Positions 13,801-23,998 of a DNA stretch of 64,000 bases are shown piece by piece. The notes beneath the pieces were generated by a model. It ran no database searches, was not told where the DNA came from, and saw only the letters and a list, made by a program, of their open reading frames with translations. The DNA comes from Antedon mediterranea (taxonomy: Eukaryota; Animalia; Echinodermata): NCBI RefSeq assembly GCF_964355755.1, contig NC_092672.1, positions 36,710,437-36,774,436 of the forward strand. The letters run 5' to 3'. Position 1 is the first letter of the stretch, and each line of letters starts with the position of its first letter. Position numbers and translations under genes: made by a program.

Positions 13801-16800
13801 GACAATTTACACAAACGAGCAGTAATGGTAAGCGAAAAAAACTGTGCAGCTTGTCCCACGTAGAATATGTATCTATCCTGAGCAAAAACCGCCATTCTGC
13901 TCGCGTTGTATGTAAATGGTAATAAGGAATATTATATTATTATCTATTATTATTACAGATACCGCTCGTCTGTGTAATTTGGCCTTAAAAAGGACAATTG
14001 CTGAGATGTAATTATACTTTATGCTATTAGCATGTTTAAGATGTACTTAGTATACAATTACTTCAGATTAGCAAACATCTGACCAATTAACTTAGCTCAT
14101 TGAAGCAAAGATACTTGGAAGTAATATTGATTATTAATCATGACAGGACATTTTTTTATTTTGTGGTTGAGAATGCATTTGCTGTAGATACAATAAAACA
14201 GAATATAAAAAGACACAATAAAAAGAAAACTATCCGAATGACAATGACATATAGTTTATTATTGGTAATCCTTGGCCACATTGCCAAAAACATAAAATAA
14301 AAATAAATAAAAATAAATAAACAAACAGAATACATAACAATCTACTACAGTATGTACAACAAACAGAACACAAGTAGAACATTATTTGTTTTTTAATTAG
14401 AAATACCTTTTTGCTTTAAAAGTTGTTTCTCGATGCTGTTCACACAAGAAGCACATGTCATCCCAGTAACCGTTAAAATACACTTCTTACAATTCTCTTT
14501 TGTTGGTAATTTATGCATCTCTATAGCAACAGTGGAACTGTCTTCAACTACATCTGAAATAAATTTATATTTCTTAATATTTAAATGTTACTCTTGTTAT
14601 TAACGTAAATTTTTTGTTTTTTTTTGTAAAAAAGCATCAAAACATGAAGTTTGCTTTATGTGATGTCTATTCAATCAATTGATAAATGAGAAGTATGTGG
14701 TACAGTAGCTGTTCTAAAAATAAGGTTATTTACTTATTAATATAATCCTTAAAAATATAATTGCATTTTAAATTGATTAAAACATTTGTTTAGTTAAAAT
14801 TAAATTTGATTAAAAACATTAAAACTAATACTTATATTATATACTAGTAGTAACAGAGTGCAGCTAAAAACAATAAAACAGTTTAGTTTTCTGTGTTCAG
14901 TGTCGGTTACAAAAATAAAGTTATTTACTTATTCTAATTGTTAAAATTTAATTGCATTTTAAATTGATTAAAAAATTTGTTTCTAATATTCAAAACTAAT
15001 ACTATTACTAGACAAATAACATTGTGCAGCTAAAAACAATAAAAAAAAGTTTAGTTTTCAGTGTCAATAACAATAGTTATAATTTGTTCAAACTACAATA
15101 GTTATAATTAGTTTAAACTACAATAGTTATAATTAGTTCAAACTACAATAGTTATAATTAGTTCAAACTACAATAGTTATAATTTGTTTAAACTACAATA
15201 GTTATAATTTGTTTAAACTACAATAGTTATAATTTGTTTAAACTACAATAGTTATAATTTGTTTAAACTACAATAGTTATAATTAGTTTAAACTACAATA
15301 GTTATAATTTGTTTAAACTACAATAGTTATAATTTGTTCCAACTACAATAGTTATAATTAGTTTAAACTACAATAGTTATAATTAGTTTAAACTACAATA
15401 GTTATAATTTGTTCAAACTACAATAGTTATAATTTGTTCAAACTACAATAGTTATAATTTTTTCAAACTACAATAGTTATAATTTCTTTAAACTACAATA
15501 GTTATAATTTGTTCAAACTACAATAGTTAAAATTTGTTCCTTTTCTGCAATCTTATAATAATGTGATGTGCTCATATATATCCATGATGATGTCACATCA
15601 CTACCATATTTGGGTATATCACTACTATATTTGGGTATATCACTACCATATTTGGGCAGTACATCACACTTTTTTTTGTCAAACTAGTTTGATAGCGTAG
15701 ACAGAGCTTTATACAATTCTAATTGTTTCTCGGGGGAATGCACATAACAGGAAGCGAGGGTATTATCCCTCTATCACAAAAAGTGTTCACACATTACCTC
15801 ACGACGACAGCTGTAATAGCTAGATTATACAATCTACTGTTATATATTGAATCTATTTTGCACTAACTAATTAAATTATACCCATTATAGTTTAAACCAG
15901 AAACTATTGTTAAGATAACACAGTATACGATTGCTCAATAGGTATATTAAACATCTCTTATTTTAAAAAAGCATTTAAATAATTGCGTTTGTTAGCTGAG
16001 GAAGGAATCGGTGAAATATTGACGAAAAAGAATGTGAAAACTATGTGAAATCATGTAATTGCTTTAACTAATCTAGGTGTGAGTGATCAGGAAGGGGAGT
16101 GCGGAGGAGCGCTCATTCGACAGCAAAAATAAAATTATAACTGCTTTGAACTATCTATATTTGACAGATACTGTAATATGTGAAATGGGTCTATGATCAT
16201 TTTGTAGTTTGCCTTTTGGGTTTTTCATGCATAATCACAACACATGCAATGGAAACTAACTCTGATGTCTCGTCACAAGTTGAGATTTCTCTCTCTCTCT
16301 CTCTCGCAAAAACTCATACATTTGTTGAAGTATTTTCAACAACTCTCCAGACTTTCTGGAAAACATTTTTTTGTGTCTGGTTTTTGGAAAGTTTACTGAA
16401 AAAAATGGAAACGTGGCAAGTAAGCCGTGTGTTTTAAAAAATGAAATGTAGTAAAGTAAATGTGTCAAAATCTTTTGGAGTAATGCAAGTAAAGTTGAGG
16501 TAAGAGAAGCTATGTAAACAAACTGAAATAAAACATGATAAAACTTTCACTCAAAACACACCATGCAAAATCCGAGGTTTATGTTCTAATCTCAAACAAT
16601 CTCTTTCTGCGTAAATCTTCCTTCACTAACAAAACACCAGTTCACCAGAAATTTTTCAAACGACAGTTAAAACTCTGTTAAATTGTTTACTAAACAAGTC
16701 ACATGACGAGCATTCATGCAAATGACGTTGTACTTACTTAGTGTAAGTTTCTATTATATTTACTAACAAAAAGCAAAATGATTAGTGAAGTGAATTTAAA

Positions 16801-19022
16801 CGTTGTAAACAATTTTACCACTGTCAAAAGAGCTTGTTAAAAGGAGGTCAAGTTCTGAACTCTGTTTGCCATTATTCATCTGTCTATCCTTTGCTGAATT
16901 GGCATTAAAGAAAGTTGGGAGAAAGTCATGTTAAATATTAATAAGAACATTAAAACACTATTTAATTTAAGTTCAAACTCAAATCTATATTTTTTCAAAT
17001 TATTTAATTTTATATTTTCTAATATTTTTATTTATTTATTTATTATTTATTTTATATTTTTTTGTTTGTTTTCATTATTTATTCATTTCATTTATCTTTT
17101 TATTTCGGAATATCATGGTGACATAATATTATATCCATAGCAAAAGAGAGAAAAAAAAATCTTAATCTAACAGCTCATAGTTTTATTTTTGATAATTTAA
17201 TTTAATTAAAATATTGATAAATATTTAAAGATTTTGTTAATGATAAAAATAATGAGATTAAAAATAATTATTATGATATAATATAAAAATTAAATTAATT
17301 ATATAACAAATTGATATTGTAAATGGTAAGTTGCCACCCTTACACAATGCTTAATCTAACAACTTATTCCCATAATTATGTATTCTGTAAATAAATTAAT
17401 ATCTATTATTAAATAAGTTTACTAACCTGGGAGTTTAGCTTCAAATCCTAAGCTGTCAATCGTTTCTATGATCGTCAAGGCGTCCACTTTATCGGGGTAA
17501 TAATTAACGACTGCTTGTCCCATCTTTTGAGAGACCGAAATACTCTCAACTCCTGGCATTCTCGAAATCCTTGCCTCGATTGATTTCACGCAAGAATTAT
17601 TTGAAATACCGTACACCTAGAAAAGAGAAGTAGATGATACATCCAGTAAAATGATTCAAAATTCTACAATTTTAAAACCAAATTCTCAGTAAAATGAAAT
17701 ATATGACAAGAACAATTTAATTAATAGGAAATACAGACATGACCTCACTTGTAATGAGATAATGATTTGAAGAAATGACTGAAACAATGACTGAAACCTA
17801 ACATAGTAGAATTACATAACCAAATAATTAATAGAGATAATGTATAGGTAGAGATATGCAATACCAATAATAATAATGGTTGTCTTATATAGCGTCTAAT
17901 ACAATGTTTTACAAGCGCTTTACACAAAAAAATTATCCATAAAATATTCAAAAATAAAAAAAAAAAAAGAAGAAAATCAGAGGAATCATTTACACCGCTC
18001 CGTTCTCTAGCACTTTGCAGCTCCCATACAAGAGCTTACCAGAGCAGTATTCACAGGAGCTAGAGTGGGAAAAGAAGCATTAGTGTTAGCCTAATCCAAA
18101 CAGTTTATGTTCATTTACAGATGCAGATATCCTTATGTTTAAATTCAGATAAATTAGTTGGTTTGGCCGTTTTATCACACATTGATGTTTTAATGCAGAT
18201 TCTTTATAAGATAATCCAATAAAAATCATCTTCCTAAACATCCGATATCTCTTACTAAAAATTAAAACCATATGGTATTTTGAATTTGGTTACTTAAATT
18301 AGTTACACACTTGATTAAAGAAAGTTGAATGAATCAAAATGACATAACAATAGTTAATTAAAAAAAAAGAAAAAAGCTTCTCAAGAATATTTAAAAAGCA
18401 CTCTAAATACAACTAAAGCAATTACTCATTTTTTTTAAAATCCAAAATAACTTTAATTTTTTTGTGGTGATTATTAATACCAATTTCCTTACAATGAACT
18501 TCTCAACTTAGTTTTGTATAAACTCAAGTTTGACAAAGTATCTGTATAATTGAAAAATACAAACTTGTTCTGTTTTTATAATAAAAATTAAACAATACTA
18601 ATAGGTCTACTAACCTGTATTTTGACTCGTTCACAAATGACTAAAGACTGCCTATTTGTGTTTGGCGTTTGTCCATGTCTGGTTGGTGCAGTGTCTAGAA
18701 GCATTGCTTTCTCTCCGCTACGTTTGCTAGAACTATCCGAGCACTTATAAAAGCCACTCAGTGTAGTCTCCTCACCGCAGGTTTTCACCGACCCTTCTGG
18801 GATTGTGCGAATTAGTTTCACTTCGTATCCCAGCCCATCGATTGCGTCGGTGATGGCAGGCGCTGAAGTCATGTCTGAACGGAACCGTACTCTAGTGACC
18901 TTGTCTGCTAAGACTGCTCGAACAGACTTAACTCCCAGCAGTTTAGCGACCTCTATCTGTATTGTCTGCTGACATAATTCACAGTTCATATCCTGAACCT
19001 TTATTTCAGCTGTATATTCCAT
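1870..19022 (-). CDS. ATP7A: Copper-transporting P1B-type ATPase (ATP7A/ATP7B-like), 19 coding exons, ~1125 aa
   Basis: Exons in transcript order: 19022-18615, 17616-17427, 14553-14407, 13738-13572, 13114-12953, 12291-12061, 11130-10897, 10156-9907, 9532-9408, 9218-9084, 8751-8557, 8440-8264, 8178-7998, 7683-7537, 7117-6975, 6594-6391, 5133-5016, 4489-4387, 1930-1870. All introns are GT-AG with compatible phases (3378 nt in total). Motifs: GMTCASC x2, [58 protein letters not shown]7A vs ATP7B orthology cannot be resolved; invertebrates usually have a pre-duplication ATP7. Confidence 0.96.
1967..2860 (+). mobile_element. 5'-truncated Penelope-like retroelement (RT C-terminus plus GIY-YIG endonuclease) with a 13-bp TSD
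   Basis: ORFs 1991-2320 ([22 protein letters not shown]) and 2313-2720 ([42 protein letters not shown]) are separated by a frameshift. Direct repeat TACACATTAGTGA at 1954-1966 and 2861-2873. Confidence 0.92.
2736..2780 (+). ncRNA. Minimal hammerhead-ribozyme-like motif at the Penelope 3' end
   Basis: CTGAAGA (2740-2746), stem II GCTGTCC/GGACAGC (2748-2766), GAAA (2767-2770), then CTGTC. Stems I and III are very short, as is typical of minimal hammerheads in Penelope-like elements. Confidence 0.65.
5904..6311. mobile_element. Non-autonomous TIR element, P-element-like
   Basis: Perfect 32-bp TIR CAAAGAACTTATAACACAAGAATCTCCTGTTC (5904-5935 and 6280-6311), 7-bp TSD TTTAGAC, and an internal ~85-bp tandem duplication. 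The superfamily is inferred from the CANAG termini and TSD length. Confidence 0.8.
6668..6950. mobile_element. Harbinger-like MITE family A (full copy 6668-6866 plus an adjacent partial copy)
   Basis: TIR AGCTCTGTCTACACT..CAAA / TTTGATAGTGTAGAC.GAGCT, TAA TSD, and internal 21-bp subrepeats ATCACTACCATATTTGGGCAT. Confidence 0.85.
7142..7442. mobile_element. TTAA-target MITE family B (Kolobok-like)
   Basis: TTAA-AGATGTATTGTCCCC ... GGACAATATATCT-TTAA. AG...CT termini with a TTAA target fit Kolobok better than piggyBac (CCC termini). Degenerate relatives at ~8828-9075, ~13181-13528, ~47495-47770, ~56620-56800 and ~61130-61360. Confidence 0.75.
7707..7887. mobile_element. Harbinger-like MITE family A
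   Basis: Both TIRs, TWA flanks and three 21-bp subrepeats. Confidence 0.85.
9603..9867. mobile_element. TTAA-target MITE family B (Kolobok-like)
   Basis: TTAA flanks, degenerate TIRs and the shared internal motif AATTGGCTGCCAGCCAATGGG. Confidence 0.75.
10405..10542. mobile_element. Harbinger-like MITE family A (inverted orientation)
   Basis: Both TIRs present; the internal motif is reversed. Confidence 0.8.
11182..11283. mobile_element. Harbinger-like MITE family A, degenerate
   Basis: Degenerate left TIR, intact right TIR and TTA flanks. Confidence 0.7.
11708..11998 (+). mobile_element. tRNA-derived SINE with a LINE-like 3' stem-loop and an A-rich tail
   Basis: A box TGGCTTGGTGG, B box GGTTCAAGTCC, a 3' GGGTCCC..CAGC..GCTG..CACCCTC..AAATA block and an A-rich tail. 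Confidence 0.7.
12396..12703 (+). mobile_element. tRNA-derived SINE with a Deu/Nin-like central domain
   Basis: A box TGGCCGAGCGG, B box GGTTCGAGAC and core ATAAGGACTATAAAC..CACTTTAAAGAACC..GAGTAGGGGGTTACCC; a second copy is at 30159. Confidence 0.8.
15070..15540. repeat. 25-bp minisatellite, ~19 copies
   Basis: Unit CAATAGTTATAATTWGTTYAAACTA. Confidence 0.95.
15561..15708. mobile_element. Harbinger-like MITE family A, left TIR lost
   Basis: Three 21-bp subrepeats and the right TIR; abuts the 25-bp satellite. Confidence 0.75.
16684..16730 (-). promoter_or_regulatory. Intronic promoter/enhancer-like module in ATP7
   Basis: TGTTTAC, TAAACAA, GTCACATGAC (16698-707), ATGCAAAT (16716-23) and TGACGT within 47 bp. 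Confidence 0.4.
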
Positions 19023-19744
19023 TTTAACTGTAAAAAAAATTAATTTGAAAACCATTTGTTTTGTTGTCAAATTTATCATTTGTGATATATCATTTATTTC
19101 AGGATAAATAAGATCATACCTGGCTCTAGCCAGGCATAAGCTACCATGCCTACTGACTGTAGATACGCATACACCTCAACCCAAAGCATCTACACGGCCC
19201 TGGCGCCACCATTGAGACCTACAGTAGCTAGCTAGTCTAGGCTTATACTATAGCTACCGTCCCTTGCTTCCTTGCTTGGGCCTGAAGCCTACTCTACTAC
19301 AGACTTATCACGGACTGTAGTGTAGTGTAACTGTAGTATAACCTATTATAATTCCGAGCCTAAAATTCATGCTTACCGCCAATAATACCCTGGTACAAGG
19401 TTACTACAGTGATGACTAGGAAAAATGATACAGACAACAACAGGCGGTCAGACAATCATTGAATCTGTTGTGTGGTTGCCTACCTGATAAAGAGTATGAT
19501 CTGATTCGATCCAATCCCACTTTCTCTGTCTCTCTCCCAAAAACTGCAGCTTATCTATCTTAATCTAGGCCTAGCTCGCCACATAATCGACTTTCATACA
19601 TTACAAAACCAACATCGTGTTCTCTACACACTAAATATAATAATAAACTACAATTACAAAATCACTTACATCTATTTTATCCAACAATCTATAATCAAAT
19701 TGTTTGGTGTTATTTATTTCAACAAATTTTTTTCAACGCCAACA

Positions 19745-19862
19745 ATTATGCAAATTAATATTTTGGGTCACGTGAGTGGTCAGCTGATCGATCAGGTGGT
19801 ACATCTGGTATAGATTTGGTCACCTGATCACAAGGGAATTCCCTATAGGGTATTACGCAATT
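19745..19862 (-). promoter_or_regulatory. Putative ATP7 proximal promoter: octamer, five E-boxes, NF-kB palindrome and C/EBP site
   Basis: ATGCAAAT 19748-55, GTCACGTGA 19767-75, GTCAGCTGAT 19779-88, CAGGTG 19793-98, CATCTG 19802-07, GTCACCTGAT 19819-28, GGGAATTCCC 19834-43, ATTACGCAAT 19852-61. It lies upstream of a candidate 5' UTR exon donor at 19484/19483, which would splice to the acceptor at 19028. Confidence 0.55.
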
Positions 19863-19914
19863 ATTTATTAATAGCAGCTAATACAGTAGGGGTTTGTTGT
19901 ATAACCAAAGATGG

Positions 19915-20448
19915 TATGATTGATTGAATTGATTGAATTTATTTGATGCTCAACATTAAAATAACAAACAGACAAAAGACAAAATAACGAGCATCAGGAA
20001 CACCCATTAGGCCGGAAAAACCAGCCCATTTCCAATGGGGTCCAAATTGCACATAACAAACAAGAGAAAATACAACATTAATAAAACTATAAATATATAA
20101 ATATACATTAAAATAAAGCCCAGTAAAACAGAAAAATTAAAATGAGAAAAATTGCACGTAATCAAGACCATTATAGTTATCAAAATTATTCTAAATATAA
20201 AATATTGCGTTCAAAATGTTTTTTAATATGAGATTTGAAGGTAGTTAAGTTGGAAATTAATTTTAAGTTTGATGGAAGAGCGTTCCAGTCTTTGATAGCA
20301 GAGAAGAAAAAAGTAGAATGAGACTGTTTATTTCCTTTAAGTAGAGGTAAAACCAGATTAACATTACGTTGGCGTGTGTTATGTGTGTGGATTGTGGATG
20401 TCCGTGAGAAATGTTCAGATAGATATGGAGCTGCATTGTTATTGACAA
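19915..20448 (-). mobile_element. 5'-truncated L2/CR1-group LINE 3' end
   Basis: ORF2 C-terminal signature APYLSEHF..HTHNTRQ..STFFFSAIKDWNALP..LTTFKSHIK, a 3' UTR stem-loop GGACCCCATTGG..CTAATGGGTGTTCC, then AATAAA and a (TCAA)n-like tail. Confidence 0.8.
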
Positions 20449-21214
20449 TAGTAGTAGGCCTATATGTGGCGCGTGTCCCGTTTGGTAAGAGGTTCACGGT
20501 GTGCGGTGGTGTTTACAAATACAGTAGTAGGCCTATATGATATACGATCTTTGGCATGGCTCATTTATGGAGATGAAGAACATGTTTGTTCAATTGAGTT
20601 TGAAGTATTTCACAAAACACATGGGATTATCTCTTAGCACAATGAAATTATTGTTAACTAGGCATTATTTAGGAGGCCTACATATCATAAAAGCCGTCTA
20701 ATAATAAAGTCTATCGGACAAGCAAGTACCATGCACGCATAATAAATAGGCCTTGTGTTATTTTATTACATATTAAAAATCCCTTTGAAAAGATAATATT
20801 GGAGTAACATGGTGGCGCGTGTCCCGTTTGGTAAGAGGTTCACGGTGTGCGGTGGTGTTTACAAATAAATGCCGGTGCCGGTGGTACAGTAGGCATTATA
20901 ATATATTCACGAGAAATTTGGAGCTAAACGAATTCGTAAAAACACTCTAGTCTGCAATAAATAGACATGGCCCATCGAGGACAGCCATAAGCTATTAATT
21001 TCCCCTTGAAATAAGAAAAAATCAAAAAATAAAACTTTTCCATCTAAGCAATAATTAAAAATGTTTATTTCATCAAATCTAATCAGATTGTCAAAAGCTA
21101 TCGTATGTATTTTTGCTTACTTTTTTTTATAAAGGTAATGGTTTTGTTTATAGCATCCGTGCCATAACATCATCATCTTCATTATTAATGAGATTTAAAC
21201 TTTTGTCCAATAAC

Positions 21215-21399
21215 AGCACGCGGAGCCTCCACTTTGAATGTGTATCTGACGTATAAAAAAACATGCAGTCCGCCCTCTATGATAATAATAAACCAATCAC
21301 AAGATCTTCCAGTAAAAGTGACTAACTTTAATAGTTTTGTGGTTTCCATAACACACAATAGTGGCTGAAAACGTAGTAAGAAACTCTGATAAATCTATG
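21215..21399 (+). promoter_or_regulatory. Putative TMEM116 promoter and first exon
   Basis: TGACGT, TATAAAA, CCGCCC and CCAATCAC within 21247-21300; strong donor ATG|GTAAGT at 21399/21400; next exon 22828-22864. Confidence 0.5.
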
Positions 21400-22429
21400 G
21401 TAAGTTAACAAAATTACACTATATAGTATTAATAATTTATCAAAGTAACCCGAGTGTGTTCCCTTTTGTGTACCCCTAGGCCTATTTCCAAACAACGAAC
21501 ATTCAGTTGATTTTATCATTGTAGGCCTATATAGTATAGTAGCCTTACTATAGTAGTATAGCCTAATAGTATTGGGCTGATGTTAACCCATATTGAGCAA
21601 AGTTCAAGTAGGGCTTTAATAGTTACTGATAGGGCCTATATATGCTAAGCACGTAACTATTAATAATTATTACTGTGGTAGTAGGTAGGGCATGATTAAG
21701 GGCACAACTAACCCTGGTAAGCAATTATTTTTTTACAACACTACACAGTAAAAAATTCTTGATAATAATTAATATAAACAAACAATTATATTAAAAATAT
21801 ATTTATAAATTATAGGCCTAAAAGTCACAAGTTAAAATTCAAGTAGGCCTATAGCATAGAGGATTGTTAATGTTGTTTTTGTTCGTAAAAAGTAACTTAT
21901 TTACAAATTAAGTCATAGTAATACTGCCATGCCTTTTATGATTATTAAATATTCAATACACTGAATGTTCACCATTGTGTCCATCAGCTATACACAGTTG
22001 ATTACCACCAGTAACTATATCCAATTGCTGTTATTGTTACCATTCATAAAATTTAAGTATTGAAATGAATCACACAATATATGCATGGCAAGAACACACA
22101 AATATTTTTAAATTATTATATTTCTATTGTTCTTTGTAGTTTTACCATTTTTAAAAATAAATCAACAACATTTTAAATACATAAAGACAATAATATAGGT
22201 TTAATAATGTTCAAAGTTATGGCATGCTATATGAAGGTATGGCACGCTATATTTTAAACTTTGTTAATGGGACATCCTTCTTTTTTTGCCTTGTGGTTAT
22301 AAAAGCAAATTTATAATTTCCTGATTTAATTTCTTACGGTTTTAATTGTTGACTTGTGTACAATCATGTGAAAATCCACATGATTATTTTATGTTTATTC
22401 TGTTTAGCTCCAATACACATAGGAATATC

Positions 22430-22560
22430 TATATACGAATGAGGGTACGTTTATTGTAAATACATAATATAAAAATAACGCTTAAAAAAGAACGACATTT
22501 CGACTCCATCATGGGGTCATTATCAAGTCCAATGAATAAAATATAAAACAACAACTATTT
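22430..22560 (-). mobile_element. Penelope-like terminal remnant with a degenerate hammerhead motif
   Basis: Minus strand reads GGAC-TTGATAA-T-GACCCCA-tga-TGGAGTC-GAAA-tg-TC-GTTC, followed by AATAAA. Confidence 0.5.
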
Positions 22561-23449
22561 AAATAACAAAAGACTATATATCTATGTTTATTCTGCTTTG
22601 CCCTAGTATATTAAAATCTTAAGCACTGTTTGTTTTAGTGTGCCGATAGATAGATAGATAGAAATAGTCTGGACGGATTTTATCTTAGTTAAGAAACAGT
22701 GTCCGAATGGGAATGACCTATTATAAATAGGTATAATAAGTGTGTGCTGTCTATAACTGTATACAACTACTCCCACATCTAAATTGGTGACATTTTAATA
22801 TTGACATTTTCTGCATTTTTCTTGTAGGTTCGTCTGATGCGATACTACAGTTTTAACAATAATGGTAAGTTCTAAATTGTATTTGTTAAGTTTCAGAACT
22901 ATTGTATAAGTTTATTGAATTTGATACAATACCCAGTAGGCCTATGTATGCATGAGTGCCTACACAAATATGTTTGTATGACAATAACAACACCTGAATC
23001 ATGATATTTCATTAATTTGTTCAAAGTTTCTAATGTAAAACATACCTTTAATAGATAAGAGATATGTTTGTTTGTTTGTTGTTTGTTTTATTTCTTGCTC
23101 ATATAAAAATAGCAGAGGTACAGAAATATATATATATATATTATGCCTTAAAAAGTGCACTGACTTCCAAAAAAAGTTATAATAAAATGCTACAGGATTC
23201 TTTTTTGTTTGTTCAGTAAGCGTACAGAGAAATATTTACTTAAGTTGGACCCACCTATGGAAGTACAGTACGCTTAATGACTCCAAAATGCAATTAATAT
23301 AGCATTTAGCATTAACAACAGGAAGAACGTTAGAGTAGAGTAGCAATTATTACTGAGTTGCAGGCGGACACACCTAGGGAAGTGGGTTAATAGCTTGCAA
23401 CATGCTTCAGTGTCATCACCTACAGGCGATGCAAATGAGACACTTATAA

Positions 23450-23609
23450 AGCTCTGTCTACACTATCAAACATTATGTGACAAAAAAAATGTGGTGTGCC
23501 CATATATGGACATGATGATGTCATCACTACCATTTTTAAGCATATCACTACCATATTTGGGGCACATCACACTTTTTTTTGTCAAAGTTTGATAGTGGTA
23601 GACAGAGCC
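23450..23609. mobile_element. Harbinger-like MITE family A
   Basis: Both TIRs and a TAA TSD. Confidence 0.85.
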
Positions 23610-23998
23610 TAAGTCTTTAACAATTCAATATTATTTAAAATAAGCATCACCACTTCTGAAAATGTTGAACTTATTTGTAATATATTATGCCTACAGAATC
23701 ATGAATGCTTCCGACAGTTTTTTTGTATAATTATTTTGTTCATGTGTGCGCGACAAAATGGTTTTAACTTGATTAGGCAATCATTATACAATTATCATTC
23801 GAATAGGATATTAATCAATTAATTGTAGTAATAAGTTTCCTTAATTCTCAATTTTCATTGAATTTAATTTTAGTTGAATATTCAAACACATTATTGTGTA
23901 AATTTTAACAGTTTTTGTTCAAATCTCTTTCTTAGCATTTAAATAATAACTAATAGTTATTGAGTTCACTTAACATATTGAGTATATTAGCCATCAAA

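Noticed and set aside
20732-20738. Metal-response elements (TGCRCNC) here and at ~3126 and ~14857
   Set aside because: These are isolated single matches compatible with chance; there is no cluster at the ATP7 promoter.
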